64,000 bases of DNA from a virus (IMGVR_UViG_3300035661_000004); one strand, 5' to 3'; counted from the first letter of the stretch, positions 47,681 through 56,959 are shown. Notes: generated from the sequence alone by a model not told the origin. Program-made: numbers and translations.

Positions 47681-47705
47681 AAAAGCCGCCTTCGGGCGGC
47701 TTTTT
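47681..47705 (+). terminator. Rho-independent terminator after the sheath gene
   Basis: AAAAGCCGCC-TTCG-GGCGGCTTTTT. Confidence 0.9.
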
Positions 47706-47787
47706 CATGCGTGACTCCTGGACCTGAGGTGCATTGCGCCTCATCAACTTGGTAATTTTGTAATAAGCAACTGGCATACTGTGCTGG

Positions 47788-47817
47788 TTTACATTTGAGT
47801 CTCTTTTGGTTTAAGAT
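47788..47817 (+). promoter_or_regulatory. Sigma70-type early promoter
   Basis: gTTTACA-18-TAAGAT. Confidence 0.55.
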
Positions 47818-47848
47818 TCTACATGTAGACTTTTGTAGGATCCCTTAA

Positions 47849-48202
47849 ATGGAACTAGCTCAACGACCTGGGACCAGGCTTGAGCGGATCAAGTATTACT
47901 GCGACATCCGCCGTAAGACCTTCATTCGCAATGCTTTGGTCGATGATGACCTCGAGGTCAGGCGCGCCCTGTCCGACGTGGTGCTCTCCCTACGCACGGA
48001 CAATGACACCGGGTTCCAGCAAGTGCTGGTCAAGACCATCCGCGGCTTTACGGTAGGCCATGGCAACGGCCTGTCGTCGTCGCTACCGGGCTTGCTCTTC
48101 GGCAAGGAGCACTCGCGCCGTAGGCGCGTTGACCCAACGAAGCTCTGGGACTTCACGCGCGAAGCATGGGGCCTCAAGGCTCCTGAGAAGCTGGCGGCCT
48201 GA
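47849..48202 (+). CDS. Hypothetical early protein
   Basis: GTTTACA-18-TAAGAT promoter upstream. Confidence 0.65.
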   Translation: MELAQRPGTRLERIKYYCDIRRKTFIRNALVDDDLEVRRALSDVVLSLRTDNDTGFQQVLVKTIRGFTVGHGNGLSSSLPGLLFGKEHSRRRRVDPTKLWDFTREAWGLKAPEKLAA

Positions 48203-48203
48203 C

Positions 48204-48440
48204 ATGGTGCCCATCATCTTCTTTGGCGGCCTTGCCTTCATCATCTCTACTTTGAGACGCAAACGCTGCTCATCACAGGAATCGCGTTTGTGATAGCTTT
48301 CTTGCTGGGCAGCATGCATACTCGCTCAAAGCAATGACGTGAGTTCTTGCATGGAGCTCAGTTGCGGCGCCTTCATGGTTTTCATCTTGGGCGCTGGCCT
48401 CAAGGAAGTTGTGTCGTGGGTGAGGTTGATTTTTGCTTAA
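48204..48440 (+). pseudogene. Two small membrane-protein genes, each with an apparent one-base deletion
   Basis: MVPIIFFGGLAFII+LYFETQTLLITGIAFVIAFLLG (48204-48337) and ATGA-coupled M..+MELSCGAFMVFILGAGL (48334-48440). Confidence 0.45.
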
Positions 48441-48490
48441 CTGAGCCTTTAGATGGTGTATAATCCATCTCAACACAACAGGGATACTTT

Positions 48491-48973
48491 ATGGCCAGCG
48501 ATGACCGCCTCAAGCACCTAGCACAGACAGTTGCGAATGCCATAGCGAAGCAGTACAACGCCCGAGGCGCTCGCATTCCGGTCCCGGTCCCGATGACGTT
48601 CGAGCTTGAGTTCGAACATCCAAAGTATGCGGGCTTGGCTACAACTGTGACAATACTGGATGGTCATGGCCTCAGGATCATCACCGAGCAGCACATCGCT
48701 CTGAGCATGACCGTGTTCCGGGACAACGTGCAGGCCTTCTTGAATACGGTCGTGCCGCACGAAGTGGCCCACCTCGACCAAAACTGGAAGGACTTCTTCT
48801 CCCAGTCTCAGTCCCAGCCGCACGGCTACGTGTGGCAGGGCTCAATGCGCGCCATGGCACAGCTGCCTAAGGCGACAATCGATCTCGATTACTCCAAGGC
48901 GGAGAAGGCCTGTCGAGAGCACAAGGCCGCAAAGAAGAAAGCGGCAAAGAAACTTCAACCGAAGGAAGCATGA
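48491..48973 (+). CDS. SprT-like zinc metalloprotease
   Basis: TVVPHEVAH...HGYVW motif. Confidence 0.8.
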   Translation: MASDDRLKHLAQTVANAIAKQYNARGARIPVPVPMTFELEFEHPKYAGLATTVTILDGHGLRIITEQHIALSMTVFRDNVQAFLNTVVPHEVAHLDQNWKDFFSQSQSQPHGYVWQGSMRAMAQLPKATIDLDYSKAEKACREHKAAKKKAAKKLQPKEA

Positions 48974-49923
48974 TGGCAACACCCCGGAAAGCTGCACCTG
49001 CAAAGGTCAACTACAGCCTGTTGAAGGCGGTCGAAGCTCAGTTTGGTGCTCGTAAGCGCGTTGACTGGACACCCGACGAGAAGGTCAAGGTCTGGAAGGC
49101 CTACCTGCTCGAGCTGAACGTTGACGGCAACAAGAAGGCCGCGTTGGAGCGTGCCTGCCAGCTGCTCGACGAGAAGCGCCGCCGCTCGCTGATCAATGTC
49201 TACCCGGTCATCGACATGCTGCAGCAGTTTGCCCAGGACAACATGGGCCTGTTCCGCAAGGAGAAGAAGCCCAAGGTTGCTGCCAAGAAGCGGCTCGCCA
49301 AGCCCAAGTTGACGGTCGTCAAGCCTCGCCTCAGGGGCGATGAGGATCCGCACGCTGAAGAGCCGGTCTTCAAGCCGGCGCCCGAGGGGGTCATGCCCCC
49401 TACGTTGCAGCGCCCGACCATGCTCGTTGTCCCCAAGGAACACATGGACAAGGTCATGGCTGAGCTGCTGGCCAAGCTCATCAAGGAAGCGGATGACCGG
49501 CAGCTGGCTACCGTGCAGTTGATCCTCGAGCAGCTGGACACGAAGCTTTCGACGCTGACGCGCACGTTCGAGGCCTGCCTGGACGCCGCTGTCAAGAGCA
49601 TCGAGGCCCGCATTGACACGTTTAAGCCGCCCAAAGGCCGCAAGCCTACGGTGCTGATCCTCGGCGGCCTGGACGCTCAGCGCGGGCAGCTGCAGCAACG
49701 CTTTCCCTGGCTGATCATCGAGAACAACAATGGCCAGAACTTGAAGGCGCTCGCCGACAAGGGCTACTATGACCTGATCATTCAGTGGACCACGTTCGCC
49801 AACCACTCGATGGAGAACATGCTCAAGGCCAAGTACGGCAATGACGGCTTCATCACGATGAAGCCTGGCCAAGGCCTGAGCACCCTCTTCGACATCATCT
49901 CGCAAAGGTTCCCCAAAGCATGA
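48970..49923 (+). CDS. Hypothetical protein with DUF2325-like C-terminal domain
   Basis: VLILGG...YDLIIQWTTFANH resembles DUF2325; by eye only. Confidence 0.5.
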   Translation: MMATPRKAAPAKVNYSLLKAVEAQFGARKRVDWTPDEKVKVWKAYLLELNVDGNKKAALERACQLLDEKRRRSLINVYPVIDMLQQFAQDNMGLFRKEKKPKVAAKKRLAKPKLTVVKPRLRGDEDPHAEEPVFKPAPEGVMPPTLQRPTMLVVPKEHMDKVMAELLAKLIKEADDRQLATVQLILEQLDTKLSTLTRTFEACLDAAVKSIEARIDTFKPPKGRKPTVLILGGLDAQRGQLQQRFPWLIIENNNGQNLKALADKGYYDLIIQWTTFANHSMENMLKAKYGNDGFITMKPGQGLSTLFDIISQRFPKA

Positions 49924-51008
49924 ACACGCACTACTCCTTCCCAAACATCGACCAGTTTCGCGGCGTCATCCGGACCGTCAAGGACCGTTGCACCTTCAGC
50001 AACATCGGCCTGCCGAAGCTCAGCTTCCACGGCACGATCAAGCTGCACGGCATGAACGTGTCCGTCATTGTCGGCGAAGACGCCAGCTTCTACTGCCAGT
50101 CCCGGTCTAACGTCCTGACACCGGGCGATGACAACGCTGGCTTTGCCGCCTACGTCCACGGCAACGATGACGTGCGTCAGTTCCTGCTGAGGTTCGCATC
50201 GCTGGCCAAGGCGTCCTTCTTCAGCCGTGACTACGAGACACCGTTCAAGTGCCTGGTCGGTATCTACGGCGAGTGGTGCGGCGGCAACATCCAGAAGGGC
50301 GTTGCGCTCAACCAGCTGCCGAAGCAGTTCGTCATCTTCGGCGTGCGGCTCATCAGTCTCGAGAGCGAGCGTTCGCTTTGGCTGATGCCCTGGGAGGTCG
50401 AGTCGATCTATGATTCAGCAGCTGCTGCGACCAACGGCAGCACGGTCAAGTGCATCGAGAAGTACCGTACCTGGCAGCTGACCATTGACATGGCCAATCC
50501 GGCTGCGGCTCAGAACGAGCTGGTTCGCCTGACCACCGAGGTGGAGGAGCTCTGCCCATTCGGCTCGGCGCACAACGTCTCGGGCGTCGGCGAAGGCATC
50601 GTCTGGACCTGCGTCGGCGGTCAGGACGTCGGCGGCCTGCGCATCTCCGACCTGGTCTTCAAGGTCAAGGGTGAGAAGCACTCGGACACGAAGGTCACCA
50701 CCGTGGCCGCCGTGGACATCGAGCGGCTCAACTCGATCAAGGAGCTTGCTCAAGCCGTGACCACGGAGCACCGTCTCGAGAAGGCCGTCGCTTTCTTGCA
50801 GGAGACGATGCACTGCGAGGACGTGTTCGATATTCGCAACATGGGCCCGTTCCTTAAGTGGGTGGGCACGGACATCGTCAAGGAAGAGACCGACACTATT
50901 GTCGGCAACGGCTTCGAGGTGAAGGAGGTGACCAAGGCGGTCAACAACATCGCCAAGGCCTGGTTCCTCGAGCAAGCCAACAACTCAGCCGGCCTCAAGG
51001 CCGCTTAA
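49920..51008 (+). CDS. RNA ligase, Rnl2-like
   Basis: Nucleotidyltransferase motifs KLHGMN, YGEW, GEGIVW, FKVK. Confidence 0.8.
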   Translation: MNTHYSFPNIDQFRGVIRTVKDRCTFSNIGLPKLSFHGTIKLHGMNVSVIVGEDASFYCQSRSNVLTPGDDNAGFAAYVHGNDDVRQFLLRFASLAKASFFSRDYETPFKCLVGIYGEWCGGNIQKGVALNQLPKQFVIFGVRLISLESERSLWLMPWEVESIYDSAAAATNGSTVKCIEKYRTWQLTIDMANPAAAQNELVRLTTEVEELCPFGSAHNVSGVGEGIVWTCVGGQDVGGLRISDLVFKVKGEKHSDTKVTTVAAVDIERLNSIKELAQAVTTEHRLEKAVAFLQETMHCEDVFDIRNMGPFLKWVGTDIVKEETDTIVGNGFEVKEVTKAVNNIAKAWFLEQANNSAGLKAA

Positions 51009-51023
51009 GCGACCTGCACCAAC

Positions 51024-51048
51024 AAGCCGACCTTAGGGTCGGCTTTTT
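51024..51048 (+). terminator. Rho-independent terminator between convergent genes
   Basis: AAGCCGACC-ttag-GGTCGGCTTTTT. Confidence 0.85.
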
Positions 51049-51053
51049 CATGC

Positions 51054-52421
51054 TCAGCCCCACATGCTAAAGTTCATGTCGATCTTGAACGGCGTGATGC
51101 GGCCACCTTCAAGCACGAGGCGGATCGTCATCTTGCTAGGCCAGGCTCCGTGCTTGAGGAAGATGTCTGTGGCCTGGCCCTTGACCTTCTCCTTAGCCCA
51201 CGCAAGCTTGTAGCGGCTTTCGGCGCGCTTCTCGTCATCAGCCTCGTCCTCGTCCTTGACCCATGAAGGGAGCTCTTGGTCATGCTGACTCGAGACCTGC
51301 TTGACAAGCTCCTCGTACTCATCGTTCGCCGCCTTGATCTTTGGGTCACCGTAGCTAAGAGCAGTCTCGCACTTGTACTCGACGTAGGTGTCGCCCGTGC
51401 CGCGCTCCCTCTTCATCAGGTCGTCAAGGCTGATCCGGCTGTCTGTCAGGTTGTAGGTTTTCCCCATGAAGTTGAGCTTCTTTACGTAGCCCTCCCTGAT
51501 GACGTGCTCGAGCATGTCAGCCGTGTTATCAAAGCCTGCAGCGCGCTTGTTGCGTAGCGCATTAGCCTTGTACTTTAACTGGCCCACCAGCTTCTGGATG
51601 TAAGCGTTGTGGCTTGAGATCAGCACTGACGTGTGGGTGATCGACCTGGCAATGCCAAGCGTCTTAGGAACCGGCACCATATCCTTGCGCGCCTCAACTC
51701 GGTCAGCATGCTTCTGCTCGCGTTCTTTGTCAAACTTGATGATCAGCAGGTCGAGCTCAGGGAACTTGTCGTCCTTAGCCATCACCTTAGCCGCCGGGTT
51801 GGCCATAGCCCATTGATGTTGAGCGAAGAGCCGCAACAACTCTTCGACCTTCTTCACCTCTTGAAGCGTTCCCGCCTTTGGGCCGCTCTTGGTGATCCTC
51901 ACGAACTCAGACATGAAGGTCTTCTTCGTGCCAGGGAAGAACGGGGCGTCGGACTTGAAGCTACGGAAGAACTCAGACGTGCCTCGCCAAGCGAATGCTA
52001 GCGATTCCTTGTAGCCAGGTTTGCGAGCGCCTGTGCTGATCGCGTCCTGAAGGGTAATGATGAACACCTGCTTACCGTCGAGCATGTAAATGAGAGCGCC
52101 GACATCATCATGAGAGAACTCAGCAGCGGCGGCGTCAAACTTAAGCTTAGCCGGGTCAACGGCTGAGCCTCGGCCGATCTTGCTGTAGACAGTATTTGTC
52201 GTACGGTCAACGCCGTCCTTCCATTCTTCAGCCTTGCCCGCTGGAACGCCGGGCCGAGTCTTATACTCGCTCCTCTTGAAGCCGCGCCCGATCGTGGCTC
52301 CTGGCGACCTGGCGCGCCTGACCAAGGTAGTGGCAAGCTCCTTGTCAACCGCGTCTAAGTTGCCCAAGTGCTCGTCGAGTTGTTGTGGGGTGTCGTCTTG
52401 CAGCAATCCGAATAGCTTCAT
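51054..52421 (-). CDS. Hypothetical late protein with MKLFGLLQD...LDE leader
   Basis: 455-aa ORF with TAAATA at 52444-52449 and AGGAGA RBS. Confidence 0.8.
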   Translation of the reverse strand: MKLFGLLQDDTPQQLDEHLGNLDAVDKELATTLVRRARSPGATIGRGFKRSEYKTRPGVPAGKAEEWKDGVDRTTNTVYSKIGRGSAVDPAKLKFDAAAAEFSHDDVGALIYMLDGKQVFIITLQDAISTGARKPGYKESLAFAWRGTSEFFRSFKSDAPFFPGTKKTFMSEFVRITKSGPKAGTLQEVKKVEELLRLFAQHQWAMANPAAKVMAKDDKFPELDLLIIKFDKEREQKHADRVEARKDMVPVPKTLGIARSITHTSVLISSHNAYIQKLVGQLKYKANALRNKRAAGFDNTADMLEHVIREGYVKKLNFMGKTYNLTDSRISLDDLMKRERGTGDTYVEYKCETALSYGDPKIKAANDEYEELVKQVSSQHDQELPSWVKDEDEADDEKRAESRYKLAWAKEKVKGQATDIFLKHGAWPSKMTIRLVLEGGRITPFKIDMNFSMWG

Positions 52422-52443
52422 GTAACCTTCTCCTGGTCGTGTC

Positions 52444-52466
52444 TATTTAGTTAGCCGTCATAAATA
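52444..52466. promoter_or_regulatory. Back-to-back divergent late promoters
   Basis: TATTTA 52444-52449 and TAAATA 52461-52466. Confidence 0.7.
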
Positions 52467-52491
52467 GTTTATCTAGATAGGGGGAAAGGGC

Positions 52492-54270
52492 ATGACAGCC
52501 GTAAACTCACTGACGAACTACGTTGACGCTGAAGGCCGCGAGCTGCAAGTCCGGCTAACGCGCTTGAGCTCGACATCGGTCAAGATCTCATGGAACGTGC
52601 CTGAGAAGCCGTACGTCTACGCTGGCGCGATCGTGCTGGCATCGCTCACTGAGCTCAACCCGTCCAACTTTCCGACTGACAGCGTGCGTTACAGCGCATC
52701 AGCTGACTTCAACGTGCCTGCTGATCGTGTTGGCTCTGCCCACGTTGTCGGCGCTTACTATGACGACATGGTCTCGAATGAGGTTACGATCACAAACCTG
52801 CCCGAGAATGACCCGGTCTATGTCGCGGTCCACCTCGCAACGAATGTCTACACCTACTATGGCATCGGCGTTAGGTCATATCCAGACACGCAGCTTAGCT
52901 CAGCTTGGGCTCCGCACGTAGAGAACATCTACGGCCCGCCTGACAACCCTGAGCCTGGCCAGGTCTACTACGACCCGACCCAGCGGATGATGTTTGCGTG
53001 GAACGGCACCGCATGGCTGCCGTCTACCGCTCATACGGTCATCACCGGCGAGGTTGATCCAACAGCTCAGCTGCAGATCTACTCAGCTGAGTACTCTGGC
53101 TTGGGCGACGGTGGCATCCACTCATCAGCTGTAGGCACCACCGCGATCGAAGAGCAGGTGTGGACGATCATGGCCGTCTCACCGACTATCTTCACGGTGA
53201 CAGGCTCGACGCTGAGCATCAAGCCGTCGGCTATCGTAGGCGTTCCGTACAGCAACGGTTACATCAGCTTCCTGATTGAAGCAGGCCCAACTGCATACAT
53301 CCCAGGTGACACGTACACTGTCACCGTGAAGTCAGTGCCACTAACTAAGGGCTTGCCTACCGGCTACCCGAAGCAGGGTGACTTCTTCTATAACTCCCGT
53401 GATCGGCGCTTGAAGTGCTGGTCTGGCACTGCATGGGTCGAGTCGGAGGAGCCGAAGAAGGGCGTTCCGACTTACCAGCGCATCAACATCGGTGACAACG
53501 GTGAGCCAGGTCCTCGCGATACAATCAAGGACATCCTGAAGCGTCAGCTCGGTTACCCAAAGGTCTGTGTCGAGCTTGACGAAGAGCAGTTTGACATCGC
53601 GCTCAACAACGCACTGCAAGAGCTGCGCCGCCGCGTGGATTCGGCTTACTACAAGCAGTACTTCTTCTTGACGATCGTCCCAGGTCAGCAGCTGTACTAC
53701 CTGAACGACCCGACCAAAGGCCTAGATGGCATTGTAGACGTGCTGAAGATCCACCGCCTCAACATGCTTGGCTTGGTCAACTTTGGCCCCGACAACCTAT
53801 ATGCGCAGCAGTTCCTCAACCAGTTCTACTCGCCAGGCGTCGGCTATGACCTGGTCTCGATCCACCTAATCCACTCGCTGTCTGAGACCTACACCCAGCT
53901 GTTTGCGGGTGACATCGCATTCAACTGGCGCGAGGCGCGCCGCGAGCTGACCACCTACCGTACCTTCGGCCACATGGAGAAAGTGCTGGTAGAGTGCTCG
54001 ATGGAAAAGACCGAGCAGGAGCTGCTCATCGATCGGTGGACTCAGCAGTGGATTCAGCAGTGGGCCGAGTCTGAGCTCATGTTTATGCTGGCGCACATTC
54101 GCGGCAAGTTCTCGAGCCTTCCAGGCCCTGGTGGCGGTTTGTCCTTGAACGCTGACATGCTGATGTCTGAAGGCCAACGCTTGCAAGAGGACTGCGTCAA
54201 CCAGGTCAAGAACTACGAAGTCGGTCAGAATGGCCCCGATAACTTCCACATGCCTTTCGTGATCGGCTAA
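52492..54270 (+). CDS. gp13: Neck protein gp13-like with long N-terminal extension
   Basis: C-terminal ILKRQLGYPKVCVELDEEQFD...RGKFSSLPGPGGGLSLN neck motif. Confidence 0.85.
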   Translation: MTAVNSLTNYVDAEGRELQVRLTRLSSTSVKISWNVPEKPYVYAGAIVLASLTELNPSNFPTDSVRYSASADFNVPADRVGSAHVVGAYYDDMVSNEVTITNLPENDPVYVAVHLATNVYTYYGIGVRSYPDTQLSSAWAPHVENIYGPPDNPEPGQVYYDPTQRMMFAWNGTAWLPSTAHTVITGEVDPTAQLQIYSAEYSGLGDGGIHSSAVGTTAIEEQVWTIMAVSPTIFTVTGSTLSIKPSAIVGVPYSNGYISFLIEAGPTAYIPGDTYTVTVKSVPLTKGLPTGYPKQGDFFYNSRDRRLKCWSGTAWVESEEPKKGVPTYQRINIGDNGEPGPRDTIKDILKRQLGYPKVCVELDEEQFDIALNNALQELRRRVDSAYYKQYFFLTIVPGQQLYYLNDPTKGLDGIVDVLKIHRLNMLGLVNFGPDNLYAQQFLNQFYSPGVGYDLVSIHLIHSLSETYTQLFAGDIAFNWREARRELTTYRTFGHMEKVLVECSMEKTEQELLIDRWTQQWIQQWAESELMFMLAHIRGKFSSLPGPGGGLSLNADMLMSEGQRLQEDCVNQVKNYEVGQNGPDNFHMPFVIG

Positions 54271-54272
54271 GC

Positions 54273-54968
54273 ATGCATATCCGCCCCCTGCTTGAGCGCC
54301 CAGTCAACGTGCACGTCAACGGTCAGCTAACTGTCCTGGTCGACTTGATCAAGCGTGACTTTGGCTCCGAGCTCCGAGCAATTCCGTTCGACCAACGTTG
54401 TATGACAGCTCAAGTCGCGTACGTGTTAAGCGCCCGAACTCAAGTTCCGCTCACGGATTTGCTGAAGATCTTTGCTACCGCTTACAACAAGAAGCTTGAT
54501 CGTCAGGCGCGCTACAAGGTTGACGCTTACGGTGTTACGCCGCAACAGCTGTTCGACGCTTATGACGGGTTCAAGCTGGTAATCAAAGATAAGCCCTATA
54601 AGCTAAAGCTTAGCTTTGACCACTATACATCGGTTGAAGAGATCGTGAGCGCGGTTAAGGAAGGTCACCCTGTAATTGTCCCTTACAATTCATACGGGCG
54701 GTTTAGCAATGGTGCTAATCACCACTCTAATGAGGGGAAGTTTCATCAAAAATTCATTGATCGCCGTGGCGTTCGTGACCCGCACAGCAGCTATTATCAC
54801 GCGCTGCTTGCTGTAGGCGTTGACGAAGGCTCTAAAGAGGTAATCCTGCGAGACATTCGCTCGCTGTACCTGTTTAAAGGCTATGTCAAGGTGCCGTACA
54901 AGGCGATGCGTAACTACATCAAGATGGCGTTCACCTTTGACGCCGACTTAGAGCCGGTGCAGCCATGA
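54273..54968 (+). CDS. Papain-like (C39-type) cysteine peptidase with MHIRPLLE leader
   Basis: DQRC catalytic Cys region, KEGHPVIV, HALLAVGVD...ILRD. Confidence 0.6.
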   Translation: MHIRPLLERPVNVHVNGQLTVLVDLIKRDFGSELRAIPFDQRCMTAQVAYVLSARTQVPLTDLLKIFATAYNKKLDRQARYKVDAYGVTPQQLFDAYDGFKLVIKDKPYKLKLSFDHYTSVEEIVSAVKEGHPVIVPYNSYGRFSNGANHHSNEGKFHQKFIDRRGVRDPHSSYYHALLAVGVDEGSKEVILRDIRSLYLFKGYVKVPYKAMRNYIKMAFTFDADLEPVQP

Positions 54969-55324
54969 AGCTTCAACGCGTGCTAGAAGCTGTGCTGGTG
55001 CAAGTCGTGCCTAAGCCAAACTCGCCCTCCTACTTGCGTAAGCAGGCACTTGAAATGCAACAGCTGCTGGTCGATGATGACTGGGACACGAAAGTCCAGT
55101 TCACGACTACCAACACAAACATACCGTGCGTCATTATCTCGTGCACGAAAGAAGCGAGTGAGATGGACACGCCGCATGCTGATAAGGTGATCGGTTATTA
55201 CATCGCTGAGGGCTCTCATCATAATGTTAAAGGCCACGAGTATGTCAACTGGGAAGTCCACAGCCATGGCGGCTATATGACCATGTCAGACATTGTCGCT
55301 TGGCTGCATAGGACATACGCATGA
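54965..55324 (+). CDS. QQ-motif family protein with MKLQRVLE leader
   Basis: RKQALEMQQLLVDDDWDTKV. Confidence 0.75.
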   Translation: MKLQRVLEAVLVQVVPKPNSPSYLRKQALEMQQLLVDDDWDTKVQFTTTNTNIPCVIISCTKEASEMDTPHADKVIGYYIAEGSHHNVKGHEYVNWEVHSHGGYMTMSDIVAWLHRTYA

Positions 55325-55348
55325 AGCTGCAAACATTGGAGACGACTA

Positions 55349-56959
55349 ATGGCTGATGAGATTACACCTACAGGCCCAGCACCGCTTGACTGCAGTCCGC
55401 CGAACCCAAAGTTCGCATACGACACGGCGCCTGCCGTATACAAGCCGCCTGAGGTCTGCATCGGCACGGTTGACTACTCGACATCAGAGTGCGCTGACAA
55501 CGAAGCCAACTACATCGCCAGCCTCCAGGCTGAAGCGCTGGAGATGGCCGCTGGCCCCGTCAATGTTTTCCCGATGCTTGGCGTTCACAGTCAAGGCTCA
55601 ACCGTTGACATGGTCACGTCGGCAGGCTATCCGCTGTCCTCGGGCGCGCCGTCAGGCTACAACGCGCTCGACACCTTCAACGTCAATGACGCTTCGTGGC
55701 GCTCTGTTCAGCAAGGTGCTGATGTCATTAGCGCGCCCGCATTCATCGGCTTCTCATTCGGCACGAAGAAGGCGTGGGACAAGCTGGGCGCGCCGCAAGA
55801 GCGGTACTTCACACCTGAGCCTGTTCGAAAGCAGGTAGGCTCGTTCAAGATCAGGCAGGGTGTGGTCGCCGAAAACCGTGCTACGAAAGCTCGAGTGGAA
55901 GCGAGCGATGACGGTCTCGAGTGGAAGCGTGTAGGAATCGTTTCCTTGCCTGACACTAGTGACCTAGTCACTGTAGGCGTGCCATCGAATGCAATGTACA
56001 ACCAGTGGCGCCTGGTGCCAATCTTCTTCAACGGTGTTTCGACCAACTCTCAGTGGGAGGTCATCGAGCTACACCTGCTTGAGGCTACAGCTACCAGCAT
56101 TGACAACATTCAGGACTTCTTCCTGATGGAGAACCGTGACAGGTCCTACAACCGTCAGTCTACTCTCCTCAAGTGTCAATATGACCTGCTTGACGTGCAG
56201 TCTGAGCTAGCAAAGTTCGGCATCAGCTTGCCACAGACCTACATCTTCACTTGCAGCTTCGCCGTCATGGTCCAGAAGCTAGGACGCCCGATCGTGGTCG
56301 GTGACGTGGTCGAGCTGCCCGGCGAGGTACAGTATGACGCCTTCTTGAAGCCTGTACGTAAGTGGCTCGAGGTGACAGACACAGCCTGGGCGACCGAAGG
56401 CTATGCATTCAACTGGAAACCGCAGCTGTTCAAATTCTATGCCCAGCCGATCATGCCATCGGTCGAGCATCGTGACCTGCTAGGCACACCAGGCAAGATC
56501 AACCAAGCGCAAGCCGATGACGACTTCTTGCTGGGCGCGCTGCAGAATGACCAAGCCTATAAGTCGACTGAAGCTATCATCCAGAAGAGCAAGGATGACG
56601 TGCCTCAAGTCGGCGGTGACCCGGCTAACATCATGTCAGGCAAGGCTATGGGCAAGCCGCCTGGCTCCTATGACGGGCGTGACCCGTATGTGCAAGACGC
56701 CTTACCTGCTGATGGTCAAGCGTTCACGTCGGGCGACGCCCTGCCGCCAGGCAACACGATCACAGCAGGCCATTTCCACCGTCAGACCTACACAAACCTC
56801 CCTGCTAGCCTGCGACCGCCTGATCGGCTGCTGAAGTGGAACGGCTCCCGCTGGAACGTGATCGAAGTCAACACGCGTGACAAGTACTCGTCGCACAAGC
56901 GGACCATCGACAAGGTGCTCGCTTCGCCGAACAAGGTTAACCTGGACAAGAAGCTATGA
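55349..56959 (+). CDS. gp14: Neck protein gp14-like with inserted discoidin (F5/8 type C)-like domain
   Basis: IQDFFLMENRDRSY...LSKFG-type segment...LGRPIVVGDVVELP; insert has VEASDDGLEW...YNQWRL...WEVIEL. Confidence 0.75.
   Translation: MADEITPTGPAPLDCSPPNPKFAYDTAPAVYKPPEVCIGTVDYSTSECADNEANYIASLQAEALEMAAGPVNVFPMLGVHSQGSTVDMVTSAGYPLSSGAPSGYNALDTFNVNDASWRSVQQGADVISAPAFIGFSFGTKKAWDKLGAPQERYFTPEPVRKQVGSFKIRQGVVAENRATKARVEASDDGLEWKRVGIVSLPDTSDLVTVGVPSNAMYNQWRLVPIFFNGVSTNSQWEVIELHLLEATATSIDNIQDFFLMENRDRSYNRQSTLLKCQYDLLDVQSELAKFGISLPQTYIFTCSFAVMVQKLGRPIVVGDVVELPGEVQYDAFLKPVRKWLEVTDTAWATEGYAFNWKPQLFKFYAQPIMPSVEHRDLLGTPGKINQAQADDDFLLGALQNDQAYKSTEAIIQKSKDDVPQVGGDPANIMSGKAMGKPPGSYDGRDPYVQDALPADGQAFTSGDALPPGNTITAGHFHRQTYTNLPASLRPPDRLLKWNGSRWNVIEVNTRDKYSSHKRTIDKVLASPNKVNLDKKL

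Noticed and set aside
4425-54990. MKL leaders as a mere by-product of ATGA stop-start overlaps
   Set aside because: ATGA fixes only the first base of codon 2; it cannot explain L/I3, hydrophobic 6-7 and Glu8, and the leader also occurs without ATGA overlap (19169, 54273).
4060-55324. Diversity-generating retroelement as the source of QQ variation
   Set aside because: No reverse transcriptase in the window and no near-identical nucleotide repeats with adenine-specific differences were seen.
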